Shown piece by piece: positions 29,311 through 39,791 of a stretch of 64,000 nucleotides of DNA (position 1 is its first letter; each line of letters opens with the position of its first letter). The stretch comes from Alphaproteobacteria bacterium. Its GTDB lineage: Bacteria > Pseudomonadota > Alphaproteobacteria > Rickettsiales > UBA998. The stretch spans positions 2,151-66,150 of the forward strand of contig RDZH01000016.1 of assembly GCA_004293935.1 (NCBI GenBank), given 5' to 3'. The translations under genes and the position numbers were made by a program. The notes beneath the pieces are model-generated. The model was not told where the DNA came from, did not search any database, and was given only the letters and a program-made list of their open reading frames with translations.

Positions 29311-29844
29311 CTATAAACCTTCAATCACCACACATTGCGCTGCGGCAGAAAGCACCGCTGCAATACGGATAGTATGCTGTATCGCTTGTTTGCTTACACC
29401 TGCTTTTATCACTTCATGCACGTGCGCGTCCATACACATACCGCACCCATTAAGAGCAGAAACGGCAAGGCTCATAAGTTCAAAATCGACTTTTGCGATC
29501 CCCGGATTGCCAATGATGTTCATACGCAAATTAGCAGGCATCGTGCCATATTCCTTATCATTCACCAAATGCACGAAACGATAATAGACATTATTCATGC
29601 CCATAATAGTTGCCGCCGCTTTCGCTGCTACCACCATCGCCTCGTCCAATACGGATTGCGTTTCCGCAACAACGGCATCTATGATTGCTTTTTGCTTGGT
29701 AGCATAGGCTGCAGCAAGCGCAATGCCATGTGCTTGGGGCAAAGTCAAACCTGATAGGCTATCTTCTGCAAGAATTTTCGATAGGTTAATTTTAGTATCG
29801 CGGGCATAATCGGGAAAATCAGCGCGTAATGTTTCAATAGTCAT
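29311..29844 (-). CDS. ahpD: Alkyl hydroperoxide reductase AhpD (carboxymuconolactone decarboxylase family)
   Basis: The NGCGMCMDAH (CxxC) active site is present, and the gene lies downstream of ahpC. The start at 29844 (MTIETL) was chosen because the longer ORF runs through the palindromic repeat. Confidence 0.85.
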   Translation of the reverse strand: MTIETLRADFPDYARDTKINLSKILAEDSLSGLTLPQAHGIALAAAYATKQKAIIDAVVAETQSVLDEAMVVAAKAAATIMGMNNVYYRFVHLVNDKEYGTMPANLRMNIIGNPGIAKVDFELMSLAVSALNGCGMCMDAHVHEVIKAGVSKQAIQHTIRIAAVLSAAAQCVVIEGL

Positions 29845-29906
29845 AAAATACATCCTTCTTATGTTATGAACAAGGGAGACAAGCTCAAGACCCCCCTCCC
29901 TGCTTA

Positions 29907-30045
29907 TATAGCACGTTTCGATAGGTTGGTTCTTGTTCAAAAACACGCCTATCGAAAATTCGTGCTATAAATCATATATTTTATAGCGCGAAATCACGAT
30001 AGGTACGCTTATATCAACGTAACCAACCTATCGTGACGCGCTATA
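29907..30045. repeat. Family-A bipartite palindromic element, copy A2, inside the ahpC-ahpD spacer
   Basis: Module 1 (29907-29969) is tatagcacgtttcgataggtt...cctatcgaaaattcgtgctata. Module 2 (29982-30045) is tatagcgcgaaatcacgataggt...aacctatcgtgacgcgctata. Confidence 0.85.
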
Positions 30046-30052
30046 GTACAAT

Positions 30053-30625
30053 CTATGCAGCAGTTGCTTCTTGTAAATCAATAGTTTCTTCACCTTTGCT
30101 CCAATTACATGGGCAAAGCTCATCACTTTGCAAGGCATCCAGCACGCGCAACACTTCCTTAGGATTACGACCTACTTTGAGGTCTGTCACCATAGAGAAG
30201 CGTACAATCCCTTGAGGATCGATAATGAATACAGCACGTTGCGCTACACCTGCATTTTTATCCAAAATACCAAGAGCAGCAGTCAATTCATGCTTATTAT
30301 CCGCCAACATCGGGAATGGCAAATCACGCAATTCGTCTTGATGCTTACGCCACGCCCAATGGCAGAACTCACCATCGGTTGAACCTGTGAGAAGCTGTGC
30401 ATCACGGTCTTGGAACTCACCGTTCAAGCGTGCAAACTCTGCAATCTCCGTTGGGCATACGAAGGTAAAATCTTTTGGATAAAAGAACATTACCAACCAC
30501 TTCCCAGGATATGATTTGTCGGTCACATCGATAAACACATTATCAATCGTAATGTCTTTGAATGGCTTACCCGCCACGGCTTTGAGATTAAATGATGGGA
30601 TTTTTTCACCAACACTGATAGTCAT
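30053..30625 (-). CDS. ahpC: Peroxiredoxin AhpC (AhpC/TSA family, AhpD-coupled type)
   Basis: The peroxidatic Cys motif FFYPKDFTFVCPTEI and a resolving Cys near the C-terminus (ELCPCNW) are present. Confidence 0.92.
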   Translation of the reverse strand: MTISVGEKIPSFNLKAVAGKPFKDITIDNVFIDVTDKSYPGKWLVMFFYPKDFTFVCPTEIAEFARLNGEFQDRDAQLLTGSTDGEFCHWAWRKHQDELRDLPFPMLADNKHELTAALGILDKNAGVAQRAVFIIDPQGIVRFSMVTDLKVGRNPKEVLRVLDALQSDELCPCNWSKGEETIDLQEATAA

Positions 30626-30735
30626 ATGATGCTCCTTTAACGGCTTAAATTATCACTAAAGACATGCTTATTGCCCTGCCTTCTTGCTATATAATAGATT
30701 ATCAGATCATTTACGAGTGCTTATGATGATTTTTT

Positions 30736-33315
30736 TTATCCTACGACGATATTTACAATTTTATTTGGCACAATAATCACTTTACGCACCGTTTGCCCTG
30801 CAAGATAGGGTTGCACCTTCTCACGTGCCAATGCCTCGCGCTCCACTTCTTCTTTCGGGGCATTATGCGCCACCTCGAACGTATCACGCAATTTACCATT
30901 AATTTGTACCGCAAGCGTTACCCGATCATCGAGCAATAAGGCAGGATCAGGGCGCAACCATGGCTCTTGTGCCACCAATGTACTATGCCCCATCACACGC
31001 CACATGCTTTCGGCTATATGCGGCATGAACGGTGCAATGAGGCGTGTGCATGTCTCCATACCAAAACGATAGGCTGCATCATGCGTCGGCACGGTTGCCA
31101 CCGCATTAGAAAGCTCACGGATAAGCGCGACCGCCTTGTTAAAGGCAAATTGCTCAATCGCATGGGTGACTTGGGCAATCGTTTTATGGACAAGGCGTAT
31201 AATCTGTTGTGCCTCATGTGAATCACTCTGTATCATGACCTCATGCGCTGCTACCGCACGCGCCATCCGCCACAAACGATGCACATAGCGCGATGCACCT
31301 TCAATGCCACTATCTGTCCATTCTAAATCGCGATCAGGGGGGGAATCAGACATCATAAATAAGCGTGCCGTATCCGCACCATACATCGAAATCATCGATC
31401 GCGGATCAACGGTATTATGTTTGGACTTACTCATTTTTTCACTACGCCCAACCGTGACCACTTCCCCCGTTTCGCGCACGATCATCGTGCCTTGCGCATC
31501 ACGGGTAATCTGCTCAGGATATAACCATGCGCCCGATGGCGACTTATAGGTTTCGTGCGTGACCATCCCTTGCGTAATCAACTGGGTGAACGGCTCAGAT
31601 ACGCTTACATAGCCACAATCGCGCAATGCTTTAGTGAAAAAGCGTGCATAGAGCAAATGCAACACGGCATGTTCGATCCCGCCAATATAGCAATCCACAG
31701 GCAAAAAGCGATCAGCCGCTTCCTTATCAATACCCTTTGCCGCGTGCGGATTGCAATAACGCGCAAAATACCATGAGGATTCAAAGAACGTATCAAACGT
31801 ATCCGTCTCACGCCGTGCAGGCTTGCCACATTTCGGGCAATCCACATGCTTCCATGTCGGATGATGATCTAAAGGATTGCCTGCTTTATCAAAGGTGACA
31901 TCATAGGGAAGTTCAACGGGTAATTGATCTTCAGGCACAGGCACTATGCCACAATCATCGCAATGGATAATCGGGATAGGGCATCCCCAATAACGCTGCC
32001 GTGAAATGCCCCAATCCCGCAAACGGTAATTGACACATCCCTCGCCTACTCCCATCGCTTCGAGTTTAGCAATCGCCACACTCTTGGCATCTTTTGTTGG
32101 CAAACCATCCAAAAATTCTGAATGGATCATGATGCCGTCCCCCGTATAAGCCACATCATTAATAGGAGTATCCGATGCAACAACGGGCGTGACGGAGAGT
32201 TTATAGCGACGTGCAAAATCTAAATCACGTTGATCATGAGCAGGGCAACCAAACACCGCGCCCGTGCCGTAATCCATCAGCACAAAATTAGCCGCATAGA
32301 CGGGATATAGTTTACCATCAAATGGATTGCGGACTTTAATCCCCGTATCTACGCCTTTTTTCTCAGCTTTTTCTATGGCTTCTTCGCTCGTGCCAAGTTG
32401 CGCACATTCTTTGATGAATGTTGCCAATTCAGGATGATGCGGCGCTAACAGCTCCGCTAAGGGATGATTTGCGGAAATGGCAAGAAAACTCATACCGAAC
32501 AAGGTATCTGGGCGGGTGGAATACACCGATATTTTCTGCAAAGATTCGGGAAGTTGCTCCCCGTTCGTGACCTCAAAATGAATATACGCTCCTTCAGAAC
32601 GTCCAATCCAATGGTGTTGCATCAGGCGTACTTTATCTGGCCATGCTTCTAAGCTCTGCGTACCTTCTAATAATTCCTGCGCATAATCCGTAATACGCAA
32701 AAACCACTGATTAAGCGTGCGACGCTCCACAGGTGCGCCCGAACGCCAACCTTTGCCATCCACCACTTGTTCATTCGCAAGCACCGTATGATCCACGGGA
32801 TCCCAATTCACCAAGGATTCTTTGCGGTAGGCAAGCCCTTTTTCTAAAAACTGCAAGAAAAACCGTTGCTCATGCACATAATAATCAGGGCTGCACGTTG
32901 TCACCTCACGCGACCAATCATAGGATAGACCAATCGATTTTAATTGTTCACGCATGGTAGCGATATTCTGATACGTCCAATCAGCAGGATGCACCCCACG
33001 CAAGATTGCGGCATTTTCTGCGGGTAATCCAAAGGAATCCCACCCCATAGGATAGAGTACATTTGCCCCAAGCGATCGACGGAAGCGCGCCGTAACATCC
33101 CCAAGCGTATAATTACGCACATGCCCCATATGGATATTGCCCGAAGGATAGGGAAACATTTCCAGCACATAATAATCAGGGCGATCACTCTGCACATCCG
33201 TGTGTGTGGTGAAACATCCCGCTTGCTCCCACTGCGCTTGCCAATAGGCTTCTGCCTGCTGCGGGTTATAGGTTTCATGCTGTAAAAAATCATCGGATAT
33301 GGGCATATTATTCAT
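30736..33315 (-). CDS. leuS: Leucyl-tRNA synthetase
   Basis: The HIGH motif ([11 protein letters not shown]) and KMSKS motif are present, along with the CP1 editing domain. The probable start is 33315 or 33306. Confidence 0.97.
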   Translation of the reverse strand: MNNMPISDDFLQHETYNPQQAEAYWQAQWEQAGCFTTHTDVQSDRPDYYVLEMFPYPSGNIHMGHVRNYTLGDVTARFRRSLGANVLYPMGWDSFGLPAENAAILRGVHPADWTYQNIATMREQLKSIGLSYDWSREVTTCSPDYYVHEQRFFLQFLEKGLAYRKESLVNWDPVDHTVLANEQVVDGKGWRSGAPVERRTLNQWFLRITDYAQELLEGTQSLEAWPDKVRLMQHHWIGRSEGAYIHFEVTNGEQLPESLQKISVYSTRPDTLFGMSFLAISANHPLAELLAPHHPELATFIKECAQLGTSEEAIEKAEKKGVDTGIKVRNPFDGKLYPVYAANFVLMDYGTGAVFGCPAHDQRDLDFARRYKLSVTPVVASDTPINDVAYTGDGIMIHSEFLDGLPTKDAKSVAIAKLEAMGVGEGCVNYRLRDWGISRQRYWGCPIPIIHCDDCGIVPVPEDQLPVELPYDVTFDKAGNPLDHHPTWKHVDCPKCGKPARRETDTFDTFFESSWYFARYCNPHAAKGIDKEAADRFLPVDCYIGGIEHAVLHLLYARFFTKALRDCGYVSVSEPFTQLITQGMVTHETYKSPSGAWLYPEQITRDAQGTMIVRETGEVVTVGRSEKMSKSKHNTVDPRSMISMYGADTARLFMMSDSPPDRDLEWTDSGIEGASRYVHRLWRMARAVAAHEVMIQSDSHEAQQIIRLVHKTIAQVTHAIEQFAFNKAVALIRELSNAVATVPTHDAAYRFGMETCTRLIAPFMPHIAESMWRVMGHSTLVAQEPWLRPDPALLLDDRVTLAVQINGKLRDTFEVAHNAPKEEVEREALAREKVQPYLAGQTVRKVIIVPNKIVNIVVG

Positions 33316-33434
33316 GGTTAGTGTTATGCAATGCTTGCGTGTAGGATGCAAGAAAAAACACTATCATACAACAAAAAAGAGGGTTGAGTTATACAACACA
33401 GCGAAAAGAGCATCCCCCTTCTCCCACCCCTAAA

Positions 33435-34310
33435 TTATCCTTGCACTACGGAACAATCATAGGTATGCGTTGCAAATGCGCCACCGATCATCATATGCTC
33501 TATCGAACGCGCCAAACCGTTCGTGCCACTAATATGCACCAAAGTAGCGCATAACGTCCCCTCCCCCCCCGCTGGCTGCAACCGAGTTTTGCGCATTTTC
33601 ATGGTAAAATTGCCTAGGGATGTTTCTGGATCAAAACCTATAATACTATTATGATAATCACCGCACATACCTGTATCCGTATGATATGCCGTACCTCGCG
33701 CTAAAATACGCGCATCGCTTGTGGGTACATGGGTATGGCTACCGACAACCGCACTCACCCGCCCATCAAGATACACTCCCATCGCATTTTTTTCGGCCGT
33801 TGCCTCAGCGTGCATATCCACAATAATCGCATCAATATTATAACCTAAACGATGATGGGTGAGGATCTTATCGGCAGCACTAAAGGGAGAATCAAGATAT
33901 TCTTTATGAAAAATTTGCCCAAGCAAATGCAGCACGCCAATACGTTTCCCCTTAGAGGTTTCAAGGATAAACCAGCCCTTACCATTTGTTTTTTCAGGGA
34001 AATTATGTGGGCGTAATAAGCGCGGTTCATAATTGAGGTAATGATGCGTATCTTTTTGATCCCACACATGATCGCCCCCCGTGAGGACATCCACTCCTGC
34101 GGCAAAAAGTTCCTTACACAAATCAGGCGTAACTCCGAAACCACCCGAGACATTATCCGCACTCGCAATCACCATATCTATATCATGCGAAATACGTAGC
34201 TTAGGGACATAATGCACCACCGCATCTTTGCCAGCGCGCCCCACAATATCGCCACAAAATAAGATACGTAAATCGCCATATTGGCGCGAGATACTCGGTT
34301 GATAATTCAT
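33435..34310 (-). CDS. ymdB: YmdB-family metallophosphoesterase (2',3'-cyclic-nucleotide phosphodiesterase)
   Basis: ILFCGDIVGRAGK, NVSGGFG, GDH.WD and DMHAEATAEK motifs are present. I rely on memory of the family for this call. Confidence 0.75.
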   Translation of the reverse strand: MNYQPSISRQYGDLRILFCGDIVGRAGKDAVVHYVPKLRISHDIDMVIASADNVSGGFGVTPDLCKELFAAGVDVLTGGDHVWDQKDTHHYLNYEPRLLRPHNFPEKTNGKGWFILETSKGKRIGVLHLLGQIFHKEYLDSPFSAADKILTHHRLGYNIDAIIVDMHAEATAEKNAMGVYLDGRVSAVVGSHTHVPTSDARILARGTAYHTDTGMCGDYHNSIIGFDPETSLGNFTMKMRKTRLQPAGGEGTLCATLVHISGTNGLARSIEHMMIGGAFATHTYDCSVVQG

Positions 34311-34852
34311 GGAGTGATGACCTCTGTTTCCGTGATAATATGATGCACACGCTGATCATGCGCCTCCATGGGTATGTTATGCACCTCTTGACACGAAAAA
34401 GCAACCCCTATGCGGATAATCTGCGGATGACGCGCTAAATATTGATCATAATAGCCTTTACCGTACCCCAAACGCGCCCCACTACGATCAAATCCTAGCA
34501 AAGGCACGATACAAAGATGCGGTATCACCTGTACAGACTCAGGCTCGGGCTGCATCACCCCAAATGCCCCTTCAATGAGTGTGGTCTGTGGATTCCATTC
34601 ATGCATGTGCATGATGCCTCCGTGCGTGCTTGGCAAAGCATAATGATAGCATGGCAAAAGCGCACGCACGCCCAAAATATTCACCTCACTTTTTATCGGA
34701 TGATATAATGCCACCACTAATGATGGCTGATGCATATGCTGCACTAATGCTACCATATGTTCAAGAATGTGCAACTGCGCAACAACTCGATCATCCGCAT
34801 CCAGATTATCCCTTAGGGATTGTATTTTATGACGAAGCATTGTTTTATTCAT
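34307..34852 (-). CDS. 5-formyltetrahydrofolate cyclo-ligase
   Basis: K..LR......L and the GYGKGYYDQYL C-terminal motif are present. The start is taken at MNKTML (34852). It overlaps the ymdB start by 4 nt. Confidence 0.8.
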   Translation of the reverse strand: MNKTMLRHKIQSLRDNLDADDRVVAQLHILEHMVALVQHMHQPSLVVALYHPIKSEVNILGVRALLPCYHYALPSTHGGIMHMHEWNPQTTLIEGAFGVMQPEPESVQVIPHLCIVPLLGFDRSGARLGYGKGYYDQYLARHPQIIRIGVAFSCQEVHNIPMEAHDQRVHHIITETEVITP

Positions 34853-34888
34853 GCGCGTTCTATGCCAAAAACTAAAGTGATCCGTACC

Positions 34889-35026
34889 TATAGCGCGTTG
34901 CAATAGGTTGAATATAACACTATATCCAACCTATTGCAAAGTCGCGCTATAACCATATGATTTATAGTACAAATATTTGATAGGTTTATTATTTTTTTAA
35001 GAACAAACCTATCAAAATGTGCTATA
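34889..35026. repeat. Family-A bipartite palindromic element, copy A3 (opposite orientation)
   Basis: The GCGC-type module (34889-34951, tatagcgcgttgcaataggtt...cctattgcaaagtcgcgctata) comes first. The GCAC-type module (34963-35026, tatagtacaaatatttgataggtt...aacctatcaaaatgtgctata) follows. Confidence 0.85.
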
Positions 35027-35064
35027 AAACATCATCTAATATATCGTAATACTCCTCATAGGCA

Positions 35065-36873
35065 ATGGATAAGTATTTCCGCATTGCTTTTTACGTTGCT
35101 CTCACATACACTTTAGCGCATATGGAATCATTAGCTCATCACACCCACGCCCTCACTGGTCTTTTAGTGCAGCTTTTGTTATTTTTTGGCATTGCTGGTC
35201 TTGTCGTGCCTTCTTTGCAAAGAATGCGTGTGACTCCTGTGATTGGCTATCTCTTATCAGGCATTATTGTTGGTCCTTTTGGGTTAGGGCAATGGGCTGA
35301 TGAACATAGTCTGTTGCGCTATGTTACCATCAATAATACCAATACGGTGCATCTTATTGGTGAGCTTGGGGTGATCACCATGCTCTTTATGATTGGCTTG
35401 GAGCTTTCTTTTCAACGCCTCAAAGAACTCAAAAATTATGTGCTTGGTCTGGGCAGTGCGCAAATTATCTTAACGGGAGCTGTCATTGCATCCATTACCT
35501 ATGCGTTCACACAGAATATGGCAATGGCGATTTTACTTGGTGCATCCATGGCACTTTCATCGACCGCCATCGTGATGCAAATGCTGCAAGAATATCATTT
35601 GAGCAATCGTGATATAGGAAGTTTATGCTTCTCCATCTTATTGATGCAAGATTTAGCGGTTGTCCCCATCTTGGTACTCGCTAGTGCCTTCACGGGCGAT
35701 TCGGATATGAGTATCCCTCTGCTTTTAATTCAATCTTTATTGATTGGGGTTGCAGCCGTGACGGGTATTTATATCGTAGGACGCGTTGCGATGCGCCCCT
35801 TATTGCGCGTATTAAGCGTCACACGTAGCCCCGAATGGTTGATGGCATTTGTCTTGTTCATCGTGATAGCCTCGGCAAGCGTCACGCATTATGCAGGCTT
35901 ATCTGCTGCTCTTGGGGCATTTTTAGCAGGCTTATTAATTGCGGAAACGGATTGCGTTCATGCGGTTGAAGTCATTATGGAACCTCTCAAAGGCTTATTA
36001 CTAGGCATATTTTTCCTCTATATCGGCATGATGATTGACCTAAGCGAAATATGGCGCACTCCCGTCATGCTCTCATTGGCAGTGGCTGGTATTTTCCTTA
36101 TTAAAACCATCATCTTATTCCCGCTATGTCGTGCTTTCCATGTGCCAAGCAAGCGCGCTATTGAAGCCTCGATGATGCTTTCACAACCCGGTGAATTTGC
36201 CTTCTTGATCTTAGGGCTTGCAGCAGCTACAGGGATGATGCCACGCGCTGATGTGCAATTCTTTTTGCTTGTCACCGCCATTGCTATGGCAATGACACCC
36301 TTCATGTTTAAGTTTGCCCCATGGGTGAGTGGATGGCTTGAACAACATTCCTTAGGGGGGGATGATATACCTCCGCCACCCGTGGAAGGTAAGGTACTCA
36401 TTGCAGGTTTTGGGCGTATGGGGCGCAAAATTGCTGATACACTAGAATCGCAACATATCCCCTATATCGCTGTTGAATATAACTTACAATTAGTGCGAGA
36501 ATGGAAAAAGAAAGGCTATAATGTGCTTTATGGTGATGCTACCCAAGGGGTATTATGGCATTCTGTCGGAGCGCAATATGCAAGTGCTATGGTGGTAACG
36601 GTTGATAATTACGCAGCATCTGAGAAAATACTCTCCGCCGTGCATCGTGAATGGCCACTCATGCCTACCATCATGCGCGCTCGGGATGTGTGCGATACAC
36701 AGCATTTCTATAGTTTAGGCGCAGCGCATGTTGTGCCTGAATTAGAAGAATCAAGCCGCCAACTTGCACAAGCCTTGCTCGAACATATGGGTATGCGCCC
36801 TGAAGAAGCGTTTGAAGCATTGCGCATTGAACGCCAATATGAGGCATATACTCCTGTTTCAACGCATGATTAA
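35065..36873 (+). CDS. CPA2-family K+/H+ antiporter with a C-terminal TrkA-N domain (KefB/KefC-like)
   Basis: It has ~12 TM helices with the GELGVI.LLF.IGLE motif and a Rossmann GFGRMGR motif in the C-terminal RCK domain. Confidence 0.85.
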   Translation: MDKYFRIAFYVALTYTLAHMESLAHHTHALTGLLVQLLLFFGIAGLVVPSLQRMRVTPVIGYLLSGIIVGPFGLGQWADEHSLLRYVTINNTNTVHLIGELGVITMLFMIGLELSFQRLKELKNYVLGLGSAQIILTGAVIASITYAFTQNMAMAILLGASMALSSTAIVMQMLQEYHLSNRDIGSLCFSILLMQDLAVVPILVLASAFTGDSDMSIPLLLIQSLLIGVAAVTGIYIVGRVAMRPLLRVLSVTRSPEWLMAFVLFIVIASASVTHYAGLSAALGAFLAGLLIAETDCVHAVEVIMEPLKGLLLGIFFLYIGMMIDLSEIWRTPVMLSLAVAGIFLIKTIILFPLCRAFHVPSKRAIEASMMLSQPGEFAFLILGLAAATGMMPRADVQFFLLVTAIAMAMTPFMFKFAPWVSGWLEQHSLGGDDIPPPPVEGKVLIAGFGRMGRKIADTLESQHIPYIAVEYNLQLVREWKKKGYNVLYGDATQGVLWHSVGAQYASAMVVTVDNYAASEKILSAVHREWPLMPTIMRARDVCDTQHFYSLGAAHVVPELEESSRQLAQALLEHMGMRPEEAFEALRIERQYEAYTPVSTHD

Positions 36874-36882
36874 TAAGAAATG

Positions 36883-37713
36883 TTACCACATGTGCGTAAA
36901 CTCTAATTCACAGGCAGAATCAGTAAATGACAGATTATATCTGAAATTTGCAGCCGGCGTTGTGCCACTTGCAGGAAGGGTATTGCAATTCACTCCATCC
37001 CGTTCACGAGTGATGACATTCCCCACTCCCGGCAATCCATCATCTATTTTTCTATCTATTCCATATGCTTCTGCGGGAGTAAGAAAGTTAAAATCGGCAT
37101 CGTTTTTATAAAATACCAGCGTATTGCCATGCGCGCCTTCAAATGTCCCCATGTCTGTAATGGGTACAATATAATTATTAAAAAAGGGCGGTATATAGGC
37201 TTGCGGGTGAAGATAAAGGTTGTTCCCGCCTTTACTCACGAAAAACTCTCCCTTTCTACCCCATCCTGTGAACACGCCATTAAAGCGTCCTTCAATCAAA
37301 CCTGCATTCGATAAATGTTGCCAAAATAATTGCCCCTCAATATTAGAACCAACAACGGGCGCAACATGATGTACGATGCCATCACCATTGCCATTGCATG
37401 TTTGCGTTCCTGTTGCCCCACTTGCCCCCACGCCAAAATTGTTGCATGTTCCGACCGGCATAGTCCCCCAAAGTGCTGTTGCATTATGCATATCCCCCGG
37501 CAAGCCATCATATTTTTCAACAAACACCCCTACCGCTGTTTGCACATGTTCTTTTTCCCGTAAGATATTTCTTAGTTCTGCTGCGCGTATGAGATGTTGT
37601 CCCGCAAGTATGCTTCCCGCGAGCAAGCCAAGTATGACGAGGACAATAGACAGCTCTATGAGACTAAATCCTAAACTCTGCTTATTAAGCCGTGGGCTGC
37701 GTATTAATATCAT
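36883..37713 (-). CDS. Large type IV pilin-like protein (prepilin signal peptide)
   Basis: The leader MILIRSPRLNKQSLG|FSLIELSIVLVILGLLAG has Glu at +5. F.EKYDGLPGD and IDRKIDDGLPGVGNV blocks and a C-terminal Cys pair are present. It is unrelated in its globular part to the 14782/15609 paralogs. Confidence 0.75.
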   Translation of the reverse strand: MILIRSPRLNKQSLGFSLIELSIVLVILGLLAGSILAGQHLIRAAELRNILREKEHVQTAVGVFVEKYDGLPGDMHNATALWGTMPVGTCNNFGVGASGATGTQTCNGNGDGIVHHVAPVVGSNIEGQLFWQHLSNAGLIEGRFNGVFTGWGRKGEFFVSKGGNNLYLHPQAYIPPFFNNYIVPITDMGTFEGAHGNTLVFYKNDADFNFLTPAEAYGIDRKIDDGLPGVGNVITRERDGVNCNTLPASGTTPAANFRYNLSFTDSACELEFTHMW

Positions 37714-37890
37714 CCATATACTCCTATTGCGCCATCATTATCATATCCACCTACACGGCACATTTTTTATTATATATACGAAATAACAAATTACTGTTAA
37801 TCACCAAAGCTGAGTTTTATGCAGAATTCTCACCGCAAAAAAAGCCCACACAAAGAATTCACTCTCTGTATGGGCTTTCCATGCTTAGGC

Positions 37891-38015
37891 TATAGCACAT
37901 TTCAGTAGGGTTGCTCTTAAAAAAGAACCAAGCTATCGAAACGTGCTATACATCATAAAACTATAGCGCGACCTAGCCGATAGGTTCTTTAACGAACCTA
38001 TCGCTACGCGCTATA
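37891..38015. repeat. Family-A bipartite palindromic element, copy A4
   Basis: Module 1 is 37891-37950 and module 2 is 37962-38015. Module 2 is nearly identical to 21075-21128. The element ends 6 nt from the clpX stop. Confidence 0.85.
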
Positions 38016-38021
38016 GATAAG

Positions 38022-39314
38022 TTACGCGGACGCTCCTGCGCCTTCCGCATTTTTATTATCTGTTGTGATATGTGACGGTTTGCGATCATGCACCAAAATC
38101 GGAGCAACGCCATTCGTCACCACTTCATGATTAATGAGGACTTCTGAAATCTCATCACTATCAGGCACAGAATACATCAGATCAAGCAATGTTTCTTCCA
38201 AGATGGCACGTAACCCACGCGCACCGGTTTTACGCACAATCGCCTTATCCCCAATCGCTTTGAGTGCTTCATCGGTAAATGTCAATTTCACATGCTCAAT
38301 ATCAAAGAGTTTTTGATATTGCTTCACCAGTGCATTTTTTGGCTCAGTCAAAATACGCACCAATGCCTCATTATCCAAATCTTCCAACGTTGCAATCACA
38401 GGTAAACGACCGATAAATTCAGGAATTAGACCGAACTTCAACAAATCTTCAGGTTCGACTTTCGCAAGCAACTCGCCCACGCCCTCATCTGTTTCCGCAC
38501 GTACATCTGCACCAAAACCAATCGATGTGCCTTTACCGCGTTGGGCAATGATTTTATGCAAGCCTGCAAACGCACCACCACATATAAACAAGATGTTGGA
38601 TGTATCCACTTGCAAAAATTCTTGTTGTGGATGTTTGCGCCCGCCTTGCGGTGGCACAGAGGCAACTGTTCCTTCCATGATTTTGAGAAGTGCTTGCTGC
38701 ACACCTTCACCCGACACGTCACGCGTGATGGATGGGTTATCCGATTTACGCGATATTTTATCGACTTCGTCAATATAAACAATACCACGTTGCGCACGTT
38801 CCACATTATAATCCGCAGCTTGCAGCAAGCGCAAGATAATGTTTTCAACATCTTCCCCAACATAACCCGCTTCTGTGAGAGTTGTTGCATCTGCCATCGT
38901 GAACGGCACATCCAAGATTTTTGCCAAGGTCTGTGCAAGCAATGTTTTCCCGCATCCTGTTGGTCCAAGAAGCAAAATATTGGATTTCGCCAATTCTACA
39001 TCCGCACCTTTTTCCATCATATTGACGCGCTTATAATGGTTATACACCGCAACCGCCAAGACGCGCTTTGCAGATTTTTGCCCAATCACATATTGATCAA
39101 GGAAGCTCAAAATCTCAGAAGGCTTCGGCGTGCGATTATCATCATGATCGACAATGCTCTTATCTGCCGTTCGGATAATATCCATGCACAGCTCAACGCA
39201 CTCATCGCAGATAAAAACAGTTGGCCCTGCAATAAGTTTTCGCACCTCATGCTCACTTTTTCCACAAAAAGAGCAATAACGGGTATTTTTAGTTTCTTTG
39301 GTTGTTTTTGTCAT
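38022..39314 (-). CDS. clpX: ATP-dependent Clp protease ATP-binding subunit ClpX
   Basis: An N-terminal zinc finger (CSFCGK...CDEC), Walker [22 protein letters not shown] and [11 protein letters not shown] are present. No clpP is adjacent. Confidence 0.97.
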   Translation of the reverse strand: MTKTTKETKNTRYCSFCGKSEHEVRKLIAGPTVFICDECVELCMDIIRTADKSIVDHDDNRTPKPSEILSFLDQYVIGQKSAKRVLAVAVYNHYKRVNMMEKGADVELAKSNILLLGPTGCGKTLLAQTLAKILDVPFTMADATTLTEAGYVGEDVENIILRLLQAADYNVERAQRGIVYIDEVDKISRKSDNPSITRDVSGEGVQQALLKIMEGTVASVPPQGGRKHPQQEFLQVDTSNILFICGGAFAGLHKIIAQRGKGTSIGFGADVRAETDEGVGELLAKVEPEDLLKFGLIPEFIGRLPVIATLEDLDNEALVRILTEPKNALVKQYQKLFDIEHVKLTFTDEALKAIGDKAIVRKTGARGLRAILEETLLDLMYSVPDSDEISEVLINHEVVTNGVAPILVHDRKPSHITTDNKNAEGAGASA

Positions 39315-39791
39315 AATGATCGCTTTGTTTGAACTAACACACTTCATCGAAGCACCACGGAATGTGGCAACTACACTTTTATATAAGCTATACGCTCCAT
39401 GTTCGCAAGCATTCTCCTCTCATCTCAAGACACAAAACAACGATAAAATGCACATTTCGATAGAAGCGTTACATTTTTGTGGTGAAATAAGCGAACTAGG
39501 CATTTTTTACTTAGTTTGCAGGTGAACGATCTATTGACCATGGAATTACATAAAGTTAATAGTGCTTTTTCTGCACATGTGATGTGACATTTTAGGCTAA
39601 ATTTTATGTGCCATCTTTGAAAAATGGGCAAAGAAGGCAAAATTTTCCTAAGTTCCGATTGCGGTAGTCTCCGCCTTTTGTTCTAATGTATGTAAGAGAC
39701 ATTTTATATACCTAATAGATTATTCCCTTCCCCCTTAGTACCACATACCGTGTGCTAAGCAGAAAATATATTATTGAAATTAGAGGATTTT

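Noticed and set aside
29845-29946. A 34-codon N-terminal extension of ahpD.
   Set aside because: It reads straight through palindromic element A2. AhpD similarity starts at MTIETL.
38541-39332. A 263-aa ORF on the plus strand, with nested minus-strand ORFs, overlapping clpX.
   Set aside because: It is antisense to a textbook ClpX frame. The translation is Cys/His/Phe/Arg-rich, has no motifs and has no ribosome-binding site, so it is a shadow ORF.
39555-39568. A CtrA-box-like TTAC-N6-TTAA in the clpX-fliF spacer.
   Set aside because: The spacing is N6 rather than N7 and the first half-site is imperfect. This is insufficient to call.
39625-39640. A sigma54-like TGGGCA-N-GGCAA upstream of fliF. 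I also looked for sigma54 sites upstream of the three pilin genes.
   Set aside because: The GG/GC spacing is one nt off the TGGCAC-N5-TTGC consensus and TTGC is absent. I found no convincing GG-N10-GC elements upstream of 14782, 15609 or 37713.
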